DNA of 64,000 bases from Fistulifera solaris (GCA_030295235.1 AP026173.1:124001-188000), one strand, 5' to 3'; positions 37,576 through 52,000 are shown, counted from the stretch's first letter. Program-made: numbers and translations. The notes: generated by a model from the letters alone, not told the origin.

Positions 37576-38179
37576 AATGCTGGTCCTTCGGAGTTCACTG
37601 ACGTTCCTAGAAATGAAATAATGACAGCCTTCTTCGGCAATCTGTTTGAACGAACATGCCGAATGTGATATTTTGTGTGAAACGATGATGTTCGCGGAAA
37701 ACTCGACCGTTCGAAGTTTTAGCGATTAAACGATTCATGTCGTTGTGGCACTGTTTGGCGCTCGCGCTTGGATCCATAATCTATATCTCTTTTGCGTGTC
37801 GCAAAGTGATTGAAATCCGCCGGCAGTTTCTATGTTCGTGCGACACTTTGAATACCGTTTCCTATTCTCCAGGGTACATTTTGCATTGGAGTTCGTTCGA
37901 AACTTCCGGAATTTCTTAGGGCCGGCGATGACGTGGCTTCTTGTACTACTGCGCGCAGTGGACCCCGTTCCTACAGTATAGTTCACAGTATGGTCTTTTT
38001 TCGTCCTCGCTTTTCTCCTTCCAAAACCTTCGGCGTTTACCAGGTACCTTTGTGATGCTTTCTCATTATCTCTCACAAACACACCGACATCCACAATTGT
38101 TCTAAAAGCGAGAATAAACTGACTTATTCTCTCTCTTCTATCTATCTATCTTGTCTTTTTGTCGCTTTTTTCAACAAGA

Positions 38180-39991
38180 ATGATTTTCCGAAGACTTGCT
38201 TTATTTCCCATCACGGTGACGGCGTTCTCAGCGACTGTGATGACGAAAAAACCGACGGGCACGTCGTTTCTGCCGGAAGAGACCATCGCACGGGCCAAAA
38301 CCGGTTCTCCCATTGAAAAGATTAAATTAGAAAAAGATGGGAGTGCGGCATGGGTGGATGTATATGAATATGCTCGTAAGATACGAGAAGGAGAAATGAC
38401 TTGGGAAGAAGTCGAAAAGGCCGATTTGGATACGGTAAGGTTTCTTTGATTTCGTCGTCGTCGACATGACACACCCGCTTGTTTTTTCTTTTTTGTTTCT
38501 GTCTCTCACACACACAATTCGTTTCATACTTACAACAGCGCCTCAAATACGTCGGCATGTTACATCGCAACAAACGAACACCGGGACAATTCATGATGCG
38601 TCTCAAAGTACCCAACGGTATTGTCAATAGCGATCAAATGCGCTTTTATGCGTCGTGTGTAGAGAAATACGAAAATGGCTGTGTCGATATCACGACGCGT
38701 CAAAATATACAGTTGCGGGGCGTCCGATTGGAGCATGCCGATGCCATTATTGAAGGACTGCACGCCCGGAATCAAACGTCCTTTCAAAGTGCCCTCGACA
38801 GTGTCCGCAATGTCGTTGGCAGTCCCTTGGCGGGCATTGACGACCAGGAACTGGTCGATACGCGCGCCTTGTGCAACGCCATTAACGACTTGATCAGTTT
38901 GGATCCGGTCACACAAACCCGCGGCAACCCCGCGTACGCCAATTTGCCCCGCAAATTCAATATTGCCATTTCCGGTTCCCGGGATGATTATGCGCATACA
39001 CACATCAATGACATTGGCTTGGTTCCGGTACCGCACGCACAAAGCGGTGTCATGGGATTCAATGTCGTGTTGGGTGGGTACATGTCCATTAAACGGGTCG
39101 CGGAAAGTGTGGATGCGAATATGTGGATTCCGGCGGATCGGAACAGTGTCGTGACACTCTGTGAAGCCGTTTTACGTCTCTTTCGGGATGAATCCGATCG
39201 AAAAGATCGTCAAAAAGCGCGCCTCTTGTGGTTAGTGGAAAAGTACGGTGTCGCAGAATTCAAAGAAGCTGTCGCCAAGGAAGTCCAAAGCTACCAACGC
39301 GGAGTGACCATTGAAGACGCGCAACCATTGCCGACGACACCCTTTCAACGCCGAGAATTGTTGGGGGTTCATCCGCAACCACAAGAAGGAAAAAATGCGC
39401 GTCGGGATCCTCGTCCCCGTAGGGCGTTTGAGTGCCACGGAATGTCGACAATTGGCCGATCTTGCCGATCAATACTCGGGTGGTGAAATCCGATTGACCG
39501 TGGAACAAAATGTCATTTTGCCCAATGTCGATGCCACCCAAATCGATGCCTTGTTACAAGAACCGGCATTGCAGGACGACTCGCGCTTTCGAGTGAATCC
39601 GGGTTTGATTGAAGGCAATGTGGTGAGCTGTACCGGTGCGGAATTCTGTGGCCTCGCATTGATTGAAACCAAAGCCAATGCGGTCGCCATGGGTCAAGAA
39701 CTCGAAAAGTTGGTGAAAGTGGATCGTCCGATTCGCATTCATTGGACCGGCTGTCCCAATTCGTGTGCCCAAGTTCAAGTCGCCGACATTGGCATCATGG
39801 GAGCCCCGGCCCGAAAAGAAATTGACGGTAAGAAAGTGGCCGTCCCGGGATGCAAGATTTTTGTCGGTGGACGCATCGGGGAAGATGCCCATTTGGCCAT
39901 TGATCCGGTCCAAGAGGCGGTACCACTGGAAGACCTGATTCCGGAATTGGTGAAAATCTTGAAGAGTGAATTCGGTGCCGTGGATGTTTAG
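38180..39991 (+). CDS. nirA: Ferredoxin-nitrite reductase, plastid-targeted; intron 38435-38538; frameshift at A-run ~39390-39395
   Basis: EKIKLEKDG, RLKYVGMLHR, FMMRLKVPNG, DITTRQNIQ, NLPRKFNIA, and siroheme/4Fe-4S ligands CTGAEFC and GCPNSC. Leader ends VTA-F. Confidence 0.95.
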
Positions 39992-40250
39992 GAGATTACT
40001 AAGTTGAGTGATGACATGTATAAGCTTATAATGCGACGGTTCGTGATGAACTAAGTGTTCTAGTTCGTAATGTGGCTGAGGAGACAGTCAAACCCGCACT
40101 GCCTATCTAGAGATACTTCAACCGTAGCTTCGACATCACTACATACACAAAGCGCTCAATGAGTCTTACTATGTTAGTGAAAAGATGATTCCGGAACACT
40201 AGAATCACTAGAGCATTGCCGTGTACCTCATAGTAGTGCTCATCGTTTCG

Positions 40251-40819
40251 TTACGCCGCATACTTTCGCGCTTCTTCTTGCACGCGTCGCTTGTACTTTG
40301 GTCGATCTTTGACGTAGAGATTATAGGCTTCCGACTGTGCCGGACTATCGGGATTGGGTTCATCAAGCAAGTCTTGAATCCCCGTCAAAATTTGTCGAAT
40401 GTTAATGCCTGGACGCCAACCTTCTTCTTCGTTCAGAATCGACAAACACACGGTCCCGGAGGGATACACGTTGGGATGAAAGAGCGGGGGCGTAAATTTA
40501 CCTATTGAAAGTAGGGCAAAGAAAAGAAGCATGATAAGAAGAAGGATGGGTTTTAGAACGCACCGAGTCGCCTCAACTCTTCATTGTAGACCTTACATTT
40601 CGGAGGACGCGCCGGATAATCTTCCGGAAATTCCATAATCACTTTATAGACACCGCCTTCCCAATCCGTATTCTTCTTTCCCGGAATTCCCGCCGTCCAT
40701 CGGAACATATTCATCGATCCATCCGCCAACGTGTCGGGTTTCGCCCAAAAGCCCACGGGATGATTGCGTCGCCAGTCTTTGCGTTCTTCGCGCAAGCGTC
40801 CCATGGCAATGCCTGACAT
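40251..40819 (-). CDS. UBC9: SUMO-conjugating enzyme E2; intron 40502-40596
   Basis: [59 protein letters not shown]. Confidence 0.95.
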
Positions 40820-41952
40820 TGTAAATGAGTAGTAGTGAAGAGAATACACGAATTAAAGAAAGGAAAGAGAGAAAGAGGTAGTCTTTCAAGAAGGAATGAT
40901 GATAAATAATTTTGAATGACAATAAGCAGCGCAATGCGACGATGCTTTCATCCGCTTCCGCCTCTTGCTTATTCATCCGCCGTTTGCCGCCGTTTTTGCC
41001 ATTGCGCGCTCGCGTGTCCGCCGCCGATCGATTTTCGTACTGCTTCAATCATCGTACCGGTACCCGAAAATATGTACAAAACAGAGAACTGGTTTTCAAA
41101 AGGGAGGTGCGTCGCGACGGTCCGTGTTCTTGTCCTTGTGCGGATGATCGGCTGGAATACTCTGGCTCACATTGCTTTTTTGTCTCCTGTAAAAAATTCA
41201 ACCTAAACAAAGCCGAACTGAAGAATACGGAGTATACTGGTATTACAGTCTGTTTTGGCAAAATCATAATTCATGACTGAGATGCAGTCGCAAGAAAAGG
41301 TCGTCTTCACTTTGGGGCCATAGTGAAAAAGCAGACAACGGTCCGCCAGGCTTTCGAGTTAAATGATCGACGCGTGCATTGCAGCGTATGCTTATCTTCA
41401 TTTCATCGCTGATTTACAGCTCAGCAAACGAGCACCATAATTTAGGTTTCACTCTGTGTCAAAGAAACTTGATTCGTGACTGAAACGCAGTCGTGGTATT
41501 GTTGAGTCGACACGTTCGGTCTAAATAGGAAAGTAAAACGATGATTCACAATATTTTTCGACGTAAAAGGTCGAGGCATGAATTGCTAGCGTTGCTGAAG
41601 ATTAAAGGATTGTGTTCAAGATCAATGTAGATTACTAGACTTGAAAGGTGACCGGAGGTAGCAATCATGTTGGGCAAAATCATAGATGCGTGACCGAAGG
41701 GCAGTCGTGGCACTAAATAATGGAAAACTCTTGTTGCGGTCGAAGACGATGCAAGCAAGCTTCTTACGCCAACAGATGAGCCAGACAATCGCATTGTATT
41801 TTGTAGTTAAAGAGGATTAAGAAAGGATCCTGGAGAGTAAAAAATATGGGAAGTAACACCTCTCTTTATTGGTGGATAAACTTTCTATTATTCTTCAAAA
41901 AATACTGTAACAAACAAGGTTTATATTTAAATAGCTAAAATGCAATCTATGA

Positions 41953-44491
41953 TCAAGCGACTACCGGATCACGAGGAGGATCAACGACTAGCGCATCCTC
42001 TTCTTTCGTCTCTTGAGTAGTGGGATCGTGGTTGCGGAGAATAACAATATCATTCATGTCATCCGAAAGTAGATTGCTACTACGCCATCCATACGGAGCG
42101 TGGCCTTGTTTCTGCTGTTTCTGAGCCTCGGCTCGCGTCATGACCATGACCGTGTCACCTTCTTGTAATGAACCTTCCAGCAGTAAATAACTCAGTGGAT
42201 TTAACAATTCCTTGTTTAAGGTGCGCTTCAGTGGACGGGCTCCGTAGCGAATGTCGTATCCCATTTCGGCTAAGGCGTTCTTGGCATTCTCACTGATGTG
42301 TAGCTGCATGTTCTGGTTATTTTCGAGTCGTTCTGTGATTTGTGTCAAATTCATGTCCAAAATGGCGTTCATATTGTCACGTTGCAAACGATTGTAGATC
42401 ACCACTTCATCCATACGATTGAGTAGCTCCGGACTAAGTGTACCACGAACCACTTGCATAATAGCTTCTTGCACGGAAGGATCTGTGCTTTGCACTGAAT
42501 CGGGCAAGCCAGCGAGTGTCTGTGCTCCCATGTTACTCGTCATGATGCAAATCACATTGCGAAAATCCACCCGCCTCCCGTGAGCGTCCGTCAATCGGCC
42601 TTCATCGAAGAGCTGAAGCAGCAAATTCCACACGTCCGGATGTGCTTTTTCAAATTCATCCAATAGTAGCACTTGATAAGGTCGTCGGCGTACGGACTCC
42701 GTAAGGAAACCCGCCTCATCGTAGCCAATGTACCCGGGAGGTGCTCCAATGAGACGACTCACGGTATGCTTCTCTCCGTATTCGCTCATGTCAATACGAG
42801 TCATGGCGTTTTCGTCGTCGAATAAGAATTGCGCCAACGCTTTGGCTGTTTCTGTCTTACCGACGCCAGTAGGTCCCAAAAACAAAAAGTTGCCAAGCGT
42901 TCTATCGTGAGCTTGCAATCGGGTACGCGCCAAGCGAACGCAGTTGGCCACGGCTGTCAATGCGTGGTCTTGTCCCACGACACGTTGACGTAATTCATCT
43001 TCCAAATGAAGTAGTTTTTGAGATTCTTCTGCACCAGTTATTTTCGAAACGGGGATTCCGGTGTGTCGTGACACAATCGCCGCAATTGCCTCGGCTGTCA
43101 CGGCATCAGCGAGCATCTTGGGATGGGACGAGATGGTTTGTTCGACACGTTCTAATTCATGTTGCAAATTTGGAATGGTGGAATGCATCAATTCACCCGC
43201 TTTGGTAAAATTTCCTTGTCGACGAGCTTGTTCCAAGGCCACTTGAGCATCCTGCAAATCCGTTTGTAGCGTTTTGACACGTTCCAATTCCGCTTTTTCT
43301 GCTTCCCATTCTTGCGTCAATCGCGCTTGTTCGGCTTGAAGTTCTTTTACCTGCGCGGTTACTTCTTTGAGACGAAGAACCGATTTCGCGTCCTGCTCTT
43401 GTTCCAAAGCGCTCTTTTCAATTTGCTTCGTCAACAAGTTGCGTTCCACATTCCACAGCACTTCGGGTTTGCTTTCTTGTTCCAATCGAAGCCGGCTCGA
43501 CGCTTCATCAATGAGATCAATGGATTTGTCAGGTTGTTGTCGATCCGTCAAATAACGATCCGACAAATGCACCGCCGCCACCAAAGCTTCGTCTTGAATC
43601 CGCAACCCGTGATGCAGTTCATACGATGTCTTTATGCCACGCAAAATGCTCAATGTATCTTCAATATTGGGCTCGTTGACGTACACCGACTGAAACCGGC
43701 GCGCCAAAGCCGCATCTTTCTCTAAAATCCGATATTCATCCAAAGTGGTAGCTCCGACTAATTGCAAATCCCCACGCGCTAATGCCGGCTTCAACAGATT
43801 CCCCATATCCATACTCCCCTCACCTTTACCAGCACCCACCATGGTATGCAATTCATCCAAAAACAAAATCACATTCCCTTGGGCTTGCTCCACATCCCGC
43901 AAAACTCCTTTCAAACGTTCTTCAAATTGTCCCCGAACTCCCGCTCCCGCCATGAGTGCCGCTAAATCCAACGACAAGACTTTTTTGTGTTTCATACTTT
44001 CCGGTACATTCCCCGATTGGATGCGCGCCGCAATCGCTTCGGCAATCGCCGTTTTGCCCGTCCCGGCATTCCCAATCAAGACCGGATTATTTTTCGTCCG
44101 ACGGGCCAAAATTTGCAAACAACGTCGGATTTCTTCCTCACGACCAATTACGGGATCGAGTTTGTTTTGTGCCGCGAGTGCCGTTAAATCGACGGTGTAC
44201 TGTGAATAAAAAAAGAAATGAATGAGTGCGTGCGAAAACACTTTTCATAATTCTACAAAGTAGATTGACACAGAAGTAGTAACGTACCTGCTCCAAATAA
44301 TGACCCGCTTTGTTACTTTCTGGATGCATCCACGGAGGAAGCATGCCATTGTTGGAGGACAGGCATCGTGATGCGACTACGTGCGAAGACGGAAGCAATA
44401 AGCCATCGCTGTGAAGGATCCTCGGAGCGATCATTTGACAGGAAACCATCCGCACTGTGCGGGGGTTGCGAACCAGTCGCGACAATAGCAT
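41953..44491 (-). CDS. clpB: ClpB/Hsp78 disaggregase, probably mitochondrial; intron 44200-44287
   Basis: Two AAA+ modules ([16 protein letters not shown]), [23 protein letters not shown] and a coiled-coil middle domain. No N-domain; Arg/Ser-rich presequence. Confidence 0.93.
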
Positions 44492-44744
44492 TCTTTTCGT
44501 TGGATGTGATGAATAGGATCCTCAAAGACTGAAAGAATGAGCAAAACAATGAAGGAATGTATTCATGATCTTCAGGAGAAGTCGTGGAAATAATAATGCG
44601 AAGCCTTGTCGCTTGTCGTCGCAATCATGCGTGCGGGTGTCAAAAGGTGCGAACTGCCACGTGGAAGGTGGCAGTATAAGTAGTGTAGTAGTCATTAGCT
44701 TCCATGCGACGTGAGCACGGATCGTCCATTTCGCCTGAAAACCT

Positions 44745-46004
44745 TCAAAACTCATCATGCCGGAGGGCGTCTTCGTTCTCGGAACACAACTCACACGTCT
44801 TTCGACATTCTTCTCCCATGAACACTGGATTCTTTCGACATTCTCCACGACTTTTCCTATTAGAACAAGAGAAAATAGAGTGAGTATGAGATGTTCAACC
44901 TTACTCTGAACAATATAGAACGCACCAAAAACCACAATGCCCCGACAAATCATAGCACGTCTTTCGTTCAATGATCATGACTTGTGGACTAGTGTCGTTG
45001 GTAATCTTCCAACTCGCCAAACACGTATGGTCGGTCAACTTGTAGCGTCCGGGGGAGTCGCGTCGCGTATCGACCCGCGCATCGCGAATCCACCATTCGT
45101 GGGACAACATAGATCGATGATTCGCTTGTTCTCCCGCTGGCAACGTCATTTTGATGTGAGCTCGATTGCCGTGGATCCAATACACTTCCACCGGATGATC
45201 GTGTTGATTGATGAATTGAATGTCTACTTCGAGTTGTTCCCATACCCATTTGTCGAAAATTTGTCGATTCCGCGTCGTGAGTGTTTGGAAGGAACTGAGT
45301 TGAAGCGGCACGCCGCGTCGGGCCAAAAAGAAGACCGGTTCGGTGAGTGGTGCCGTGAGGCCAAAAAACTGTGCTAGGGGATGTTTGGGTGTATGATACC
45401 GAATTTGTACCGTCTGTAACAAATCTTCCCACCAGATTCCTTGACTCGACATACCGGCAAAGGGATACGGAAACACCATTTCATCATTGACGTGTGTTTC
45501 AATCATTCCGGGTTGTACGAACGAAATCAACAAACTACGTTCGAGAACATCCGCATCATTCAAGATGATAGTTTGCAATTGTTCCAAACTAACGACGTGC
45601 AAAACCCGTGATTGGGCCTGTTGGACATCGAAGCGATCTTTTAATCGTTGTGGACGAGCATAACTCCAAGTAAAGGTCCATTGATGTTGTTGTTGTTGTT
45701 GGCGTTCGGACGTTCGTCCCGTTCGGTCGTAACGTTGTCGAGAGGATGCGTCACTCAAAATTTCAAACGCCCGAGCGACTTGACGAAAATTTTCCGCCGC
45801 TTCTTCCGCCGGCAAGTGCGTATTCTTGTCGGGATGGGTATCCAAGGCTTTCCGGCGATAGGCTTGCTTGATTTCTTTCGTGGTGGCATGGCGTGTGACT
45901 CCGAGGATTTCGTACAAGTTGGTGTCTGGTTGTGCGAGGATGGGAAGTATTAATAAAGCGGTTGCGATGAAGCCCTGGTAGCAAAAATACAATAACGACT
46001 TCAT
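44745..46004 (-). CDS. ER-lumen J-domain protein with C-terminal ShK domain and HDEF retention signal; intron 44857-44925
   Basis: Signal peptide and J domain (LYEILGV...HPDKN). Splicing gives CYDLSGHCGFWKSRGECRKNPVFMGEECRKTCELC...HDEF*. Confidence 0.85.
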
Positions 46005-47480
46005 CTCGATACTATGGTTGGAGAAAACAAAAAGATAATTTCATGATGGGGTTGTTCTGTGCTCTATTTTTCAGTTTGTGCCGATCTCATCGCGTTTTTT
46101 TTGGTCCTTTCATCGGCGCGGGTCTTTTGGCATTCCGTCGTCCGTATTCTGGCTTTAAGAAAACCCGGAGGCGGTAAATTTTAGGATGGTCAATTGCATT
46201 GTTGCTTCACGAGCATTTCATTCCATATCAAGCACTTTTTTAAAAACAGTAGAAACTTAACTTGTTTAACCAAAAGGAAAGGCAATGGCGTTCACGAGAA
46301 TGACGATTTGACGTCGACTATGAATTCATGATTCATGACTGAAATCCAGTCACTCTAAAGTTGATATACACTCTGGCTTTATAGTGGAGTAAGGACAACG
46401 ATCCGCAGGATGTTCGCCCCATAACGAAGCCGTGCGTGCAATGCAAATGGTGCTACATGAAGTTTTCGTTCTTAGTTCAACTTTTCATGTTTATCAATGT
46501 AGAAGAATGGGCGGAACTGAGTGAGAAAGGTCTACTCTATCTTCAGATGAGTTTACAGGTGATCCGGAGCGCATCATTAATCTCTAGTGCACATGGCTTA
46601 TTGTTCGATGAACGCTCCCTAAAGAGTGACCATCGTTCCGTCTGTAGAAAACGAGATGAATAGAGAAAGAGTTGAATTTGAGATCACGAGCGTTTCCAAA
46701 AGAACGAAACATTAATCTGCAACCACGCGCATCCGACGACAACACGAATGACAACATCAGGGTATATTAAAGTTGAATTTTGTTAAAAGTCTTCAAAAAT
46801 CTTCAGATGCCAGTAGTCAATGGTCACAATAAGATTTTCGTCATTTGTTGTCATTCATTGATTCATTCGTCGCGCGTACAGAGAGAGATAATTCCATCAG
46901 ACAGTACGAATAACAACAGGGTTCTTCTCATAACACTGATAGTGTTCTGAAGGTGTCCTAAGATTTCTATCTTCCTTTGGAATCATCTCTCTTGTTTTGC
47001 GAGGATCACTCACTGTAAACGAAAAAAGCAATTGTCCACATACGCTGGATTCAGGCTCATTATATCAGTGTGTTTTGTTTCGATCCTTGTGATCCTTTTC
47101 GCCGTTTCTCTGTGTCAAAGACACAGCAATGAATGACTTACAGTTAACAAGACCGTATCGATCGAAATAGCAACCAAACCGATTCGATCAAGTCAAGTAG
47201 CGCATCGATAGCATTTCGTTGTTTGTTGTCGATCGATCTCGGAGGTCGGAGGGAAAGATTTTTGAATGGCGGCTTCCATCTGTGCCGTACAGCGGCCAGA
47301 CGCCAAAGATCCTTCCGTTTCCCTGGCCGTCTTCCGTGTTTTCGTCAGCAGCTCCGTTCATTTTTTGCGACAGCTGCTTTTTTCTGCCGCGACATCGACA
47401 CTTTTCGGTTTCATAGTTCGTTCGATCAATCCATAAGGGCAGTCCTATTAACAACTGTTTCCAACAATATACACAATAAC

Positions 47481-48123
47481 ATGTTCTTCAGTAGTAGTCT
47501 CGCCGTATTCCGTCGTACGATCCCTCAATTCCGTTCATTTGCGACAAAAGAATCCGGAACGGTCAAATGGTTTGATGTCAAGAAAGGATTCGGTTTCATT
47601 ACACCACAAGATGGTGGAAAAGATGTCTTTGTGCATCAAACTGTAATTCATGCGAATGGATTTCGATCTTTGGCGGTGCGTATTCTCGTTACTGTGAATG
47701 TCAAGGAAAAATATGTCTCTCAACCTTTCAATACTGTCGTCTATATTTTCTCTTCTTTTCCGCCGTGTGCTTTTTTAAAATTGAACTCGCCACCTTTGCT
47801 ACATTTCCGATTTTGTACACTACAATCATCACACTATCCATGCTGGAATTTCTCAGGAAGGCGAAACGGTCGAGTATACGGTGAATCACGACGAAAGCGG
47901 TCGTCTCAAGGCGACTTTGGTGACGGGTCCGATGGGTGCCTTTGTACAAGGAATGCCCAAACCCAGTTTCCGCGACAATAGAAACAATTATGGTAATACA
48001 TCGAGGACTGGCGGTTTCGATGATGAGTGGTTGAATGATGAAAGTCCGGCGGATTACGAGGAAACAAAAGTCAGACAATTTGCACAAGAATTAAATTATG
48101 AGCTGTTTGAAGCTTCTGAGTAG
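47481..48123 (+). CDS. Cold-shock domain protein, probable mitochondrial presequence; intron 47676-47856
   Basis: [15 protein letters not shown]...DVFVHQT..GFRSLA|EGETVEY...VTGPMG. Confidence 0.9.
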
Positions 48124-49000
48124 AAAATGATACGCCGATTCACCTTTATTTTTTTCTTTGTTGCCATTCATTTGTATCGTAGCTAGGCGAGAAGTGATTG
48201 CGTCGAAAGTCTGGTTGATGGCAACCAGATCGATTAAAAATATCTAAAAAGCATCATTTAGTGGGTGAATTGACCTCATTAAAAATGATGACCATTCACA
48301 GTTGGATCGGCGGCTCTAGCGCGGGTCATTCTTTCCGAGGAGGGGGGAGCTTTGAGGATATTTAGCTTTTAAGCCAAGGAAAAATAAGTCTTGCATTTAG
48401 CTGGGCGTCCATCCTTCGTCGGCTCGTAGCTCGTAGCGGTACTGCGCTTCTAGTAGAACACGAAACGCGAATAAAGAAGACGCACTTTTTTGACTATGAC
48501 GTCGGACTACTCTTTGATTGAGTGTTCAACGGTGCGCCATTGCGCGACGCGCCACGTCGTGAAAACGACTGGTTCTCGTGGTCGAACGACACTCCAACGT
48601 CATTTTGAACGCGCGAAAAGTGCGCGCGGTAACACTGTCGCGGAAAAAGTGCAATGCCAACGACACGCCCACCATTCAACTCTCTTTTTCGCCCAGCCAT
48701 TCTTCCATTATTTTCTCGCATCACGTGAACGAGGTATGTCTTTGGAAAGAGCTTGCTATGGCTGCTGTATTTGTGTTTATGAGTCGGCGTTGAGACTGGG
48801 AAGGATAGAATATGACATTGATTGGCGCTTTTGTCGGAAGCGTTTGCGGCCGGAGATGCTTTTTCGGAGGAACGACGAATCTTCTGTCATTTTGCGCGTT
48901 CTGTACCCGATGGTTCTAACGTCACTTGTCTATTTTTTATTCTTCAATTGCTTTCGATTTTTAGAAAAGTTCAGATTTTGAATATTACTTGTGAATCATC

Positions 49001-52000
49001 ATGTCTTTGGAAGATAAGTTTAGTGCTTTAAGTTTGTCCGATGTGCCCTCGGTCATCGAGACCGCCAAGAAGGACTTGAAGGGCGTGGCCGCTGGAATCG
49101 AAGCCTTGAAGGCCCGGTGTGAATCCAAGGAGGACAGCGAAGCCATTGCTGCCTTGAGTTTGGTGCAGAAAATGATGGAAGAAGTTCCGGAGGCTCAGGC
49201 GTTTGTCAAGGAATGCCTCGGGGCATGTACGTAACGTTGTGTTCTTCGCTTTGTCATCGGCGGCGACATGAAATGCTCACTTTTATCCTTTTCTATCGAA
49301 TTCAGGCTTAATGCAAACCCTTCATAAGAGTGCCGAGGTGCGAAGCCAGGCCGAAGCGACCGCGTTCGCCATTTGCGAGAAAATCAACCCGTTCGGTATG
49401 AAATCGCTCTTGCCCCAGATTTTCGCGGCCATGCCCGTGGAACAAAAGTGGCAAGTGCGAGAATTGGCGCTCAAATGCTTAGCCAAGTTCAACAAGACTG
49501 CGCCGAAGCAGCTCGGAGATGCCCTTCCCGAGGTCATCCCCGAAGTCACCGCTTGCATGTGGGACACCAAGAAGCAAGTCAAGACGGCGGCCAATGAAGC
49601 TATGCAATCTGCGTTGGAGGTCATTGGAAACAGAGATATTGAACACATGACGGACCAGATCCTGAAAGCCATCACCACCCCCAAGGAAGTGCCCGAGATT
49701 ATGCACAAAATGGCTGGTGTCACGTTCGTCCAATCCGTCGAATCGCCGGCTTTGGCCATGGTTGTGCCTTTGTTGCTTCGTGGACTTCGAGAAAAGAACA
49801 CCGCTACTAAGCGTCAGTCGGCTGTCATTATCAATAACATGAGCAAGCTTGTCGACAATCCTCTGGATGCCGCTCCTTTCTTGCCCCTATTGTTGCCTGC
49901 TTTGGAGCAGAACGCCGCGTCCATTGCCGACCCCGAGGCTCGTGAGACCACCGAATTGGCTGTCAAGCAATTGCAACGTCTCAAGGGACTTGCTGATAAG
50001 CAAATGTCTGTCCGTGGTGACATTAGCAAGCTTGAAAACGAGTTCAAGTCGGCTTTCGGTATCCAAGATGGTGATGCTAGCACCGATCTTATTGTCAAGT
50101 TCGCCTCTACCATTGCCACTACCATGATGGACTTGCATTACATGGAAGACATGCAATGGAAGAAGCACGTTGCCGCTCAATTTACGGCTTTCTTTGATAG
50201 TGCCAAGTGCGAAGCTGCTACAGAAAAGGTTCGCGAGGAGGCCGAAAAGATGCTTGTCGTTCCCGAGGAAGACGATGAGGATGACGATGCCGAAGAATTG
50301 TGCAACTGCACGTTTACTTTGGCTTACGGTACCAAGATCTTGCTCCACAACACCAAGATGAAGTTGCTCCGTGGTCGTCGTTACGGTTTGTTGGGAACCA
50401 ACGACTGTGGTAAGACTACGCTAATGAGAGCTATTGCTAACAACCAGGTCGAAGGTTTCCCCGACACCGAGACTGTCCGAACCGTGTTCGTTGAAGCCGA
50501 TATTCAGGGTGAACAATCGCATCTTTCGTGCGTCGAGTACGTCTTTATTGATCCCAAGATTCAGGCCATGGGCATTTCCAGAGAGGAGGTCCGAACCGTT
50601 TTGGCTTCCGTTGGTTTCACTGAAGACGGAAAGGCCAAGCCCGACCACGCTGTGTCGACACTCTCTGGTGGATGGCGCATGAAGCTTGCCCTTGCCCGTG
50701 CCATGTTGCAAAAGGCCGATATTCTTCTCATGGACGAGCCGACGAACCACTTGGATGTCATTAACGTTGCTTGGGTAAAGAAGTACTTGAACTCGTTGAC
50801 CGACGTCACATGTATCATCGTCAGTCACGACAGTGGCTTGTTGAACGACTGCTGCACGAACATTTTGTCTTTTGATAACCTCAAATTGAACACATTCAAG
50901 GGTAACTTGGATGAGTACGTCAAGGTCCACCCGCATGCGCGCGCGTACTTCACTCTCCAGACGTCTTCCAAGATGAAATTCAAATTCCCTCAGCCCGGCC
51001 CTATTGAAGGTGTCAAGAGTAGAGGAAAGGCTCTCATGAAAATGACCAACTGCACGTTCACGTACCCCAAGAACGAGAAGCCCACTCTCTTTGACATTAC
51101 TGTGCAAGTGTCACTCAGTTCCCGTGTTGCTTGCATTGGTGAAAATGGTGCTGGAAAGAGTACCATGATCAAGTTGTTGGTCGGAGAGATTGTTCCCCAA
51201 GTCGGTGAGGTTTGGAAGCACCCCAACGCCCGTATCGCTTATGTTGCCCAACACGCCTTCCACCACATTGAAAGCCATTTGGACAAGACCCCGAACGAGT
51301 ACATCCGCTGGCGTTTCGCGAACAACGGTGAAGATAAGGAAAGTTTGGTCAAGGTTTCTATGCAGTACACCGATGAGGAGATTGAGTTGCAGAAGAAGCC
51401 ATTCGAGCTGCAAATTGTCGATGAGGCCAGTGGAAAGATCACCAAGGTTAAGAAGGTTGTTGCCGAATTGGTCGGTGGCCGTAAGCAGAACAAGTCGAAG
51501 GAGTATGAGTACGAAGTTCGTTACGCCGGATCCACCGTCGAGAACGGTGAATACTTGCCCGCCAAGACTTTGAAGAAGATGGGTTGGGAGAAGGCCATGA
51601 AGGCGGTCGATTTGAAGCTCGCTCAGCGTGCCGGTATGTTCGTCAAGCCCCTTTCGACCAAGAACGTCGAAGAGCACTTGGAGGGCTGCGGTTTGGCCCG
51701 TGAGTTCGGTACGCATTACCGAATGAGCGCCTTGTCGGGTGGTCAGAAGGTCAAGGTCGTTTTGGCCGCGGCCATGTGGATGCAACCGCACATTGTGATT
51801 TTGGACGAGCCGACCAACTACTTGGATCGCGAGTCTCTCGGTGCTTTGGCTGGTGCGATTGAAGAGTTCGAGGGAGGTATTATCATCATTTCCCACAACA
51901 ACGAGTTTGTGGGCAAGTTGTGTCCCGAGACGTGGTTGATGGATGCCGGACACTTGGAGACCAAAGGTGACGCCGACTGGATGTTGAAGCAGGACACCAA

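Noticed and set aside
41953..46004. ClpB and DnaJ adjacent as a chaperone operon
   Set aside because: Predicted compartments differ (mitochondrion versus ER), and tight spacing is normal in this window.
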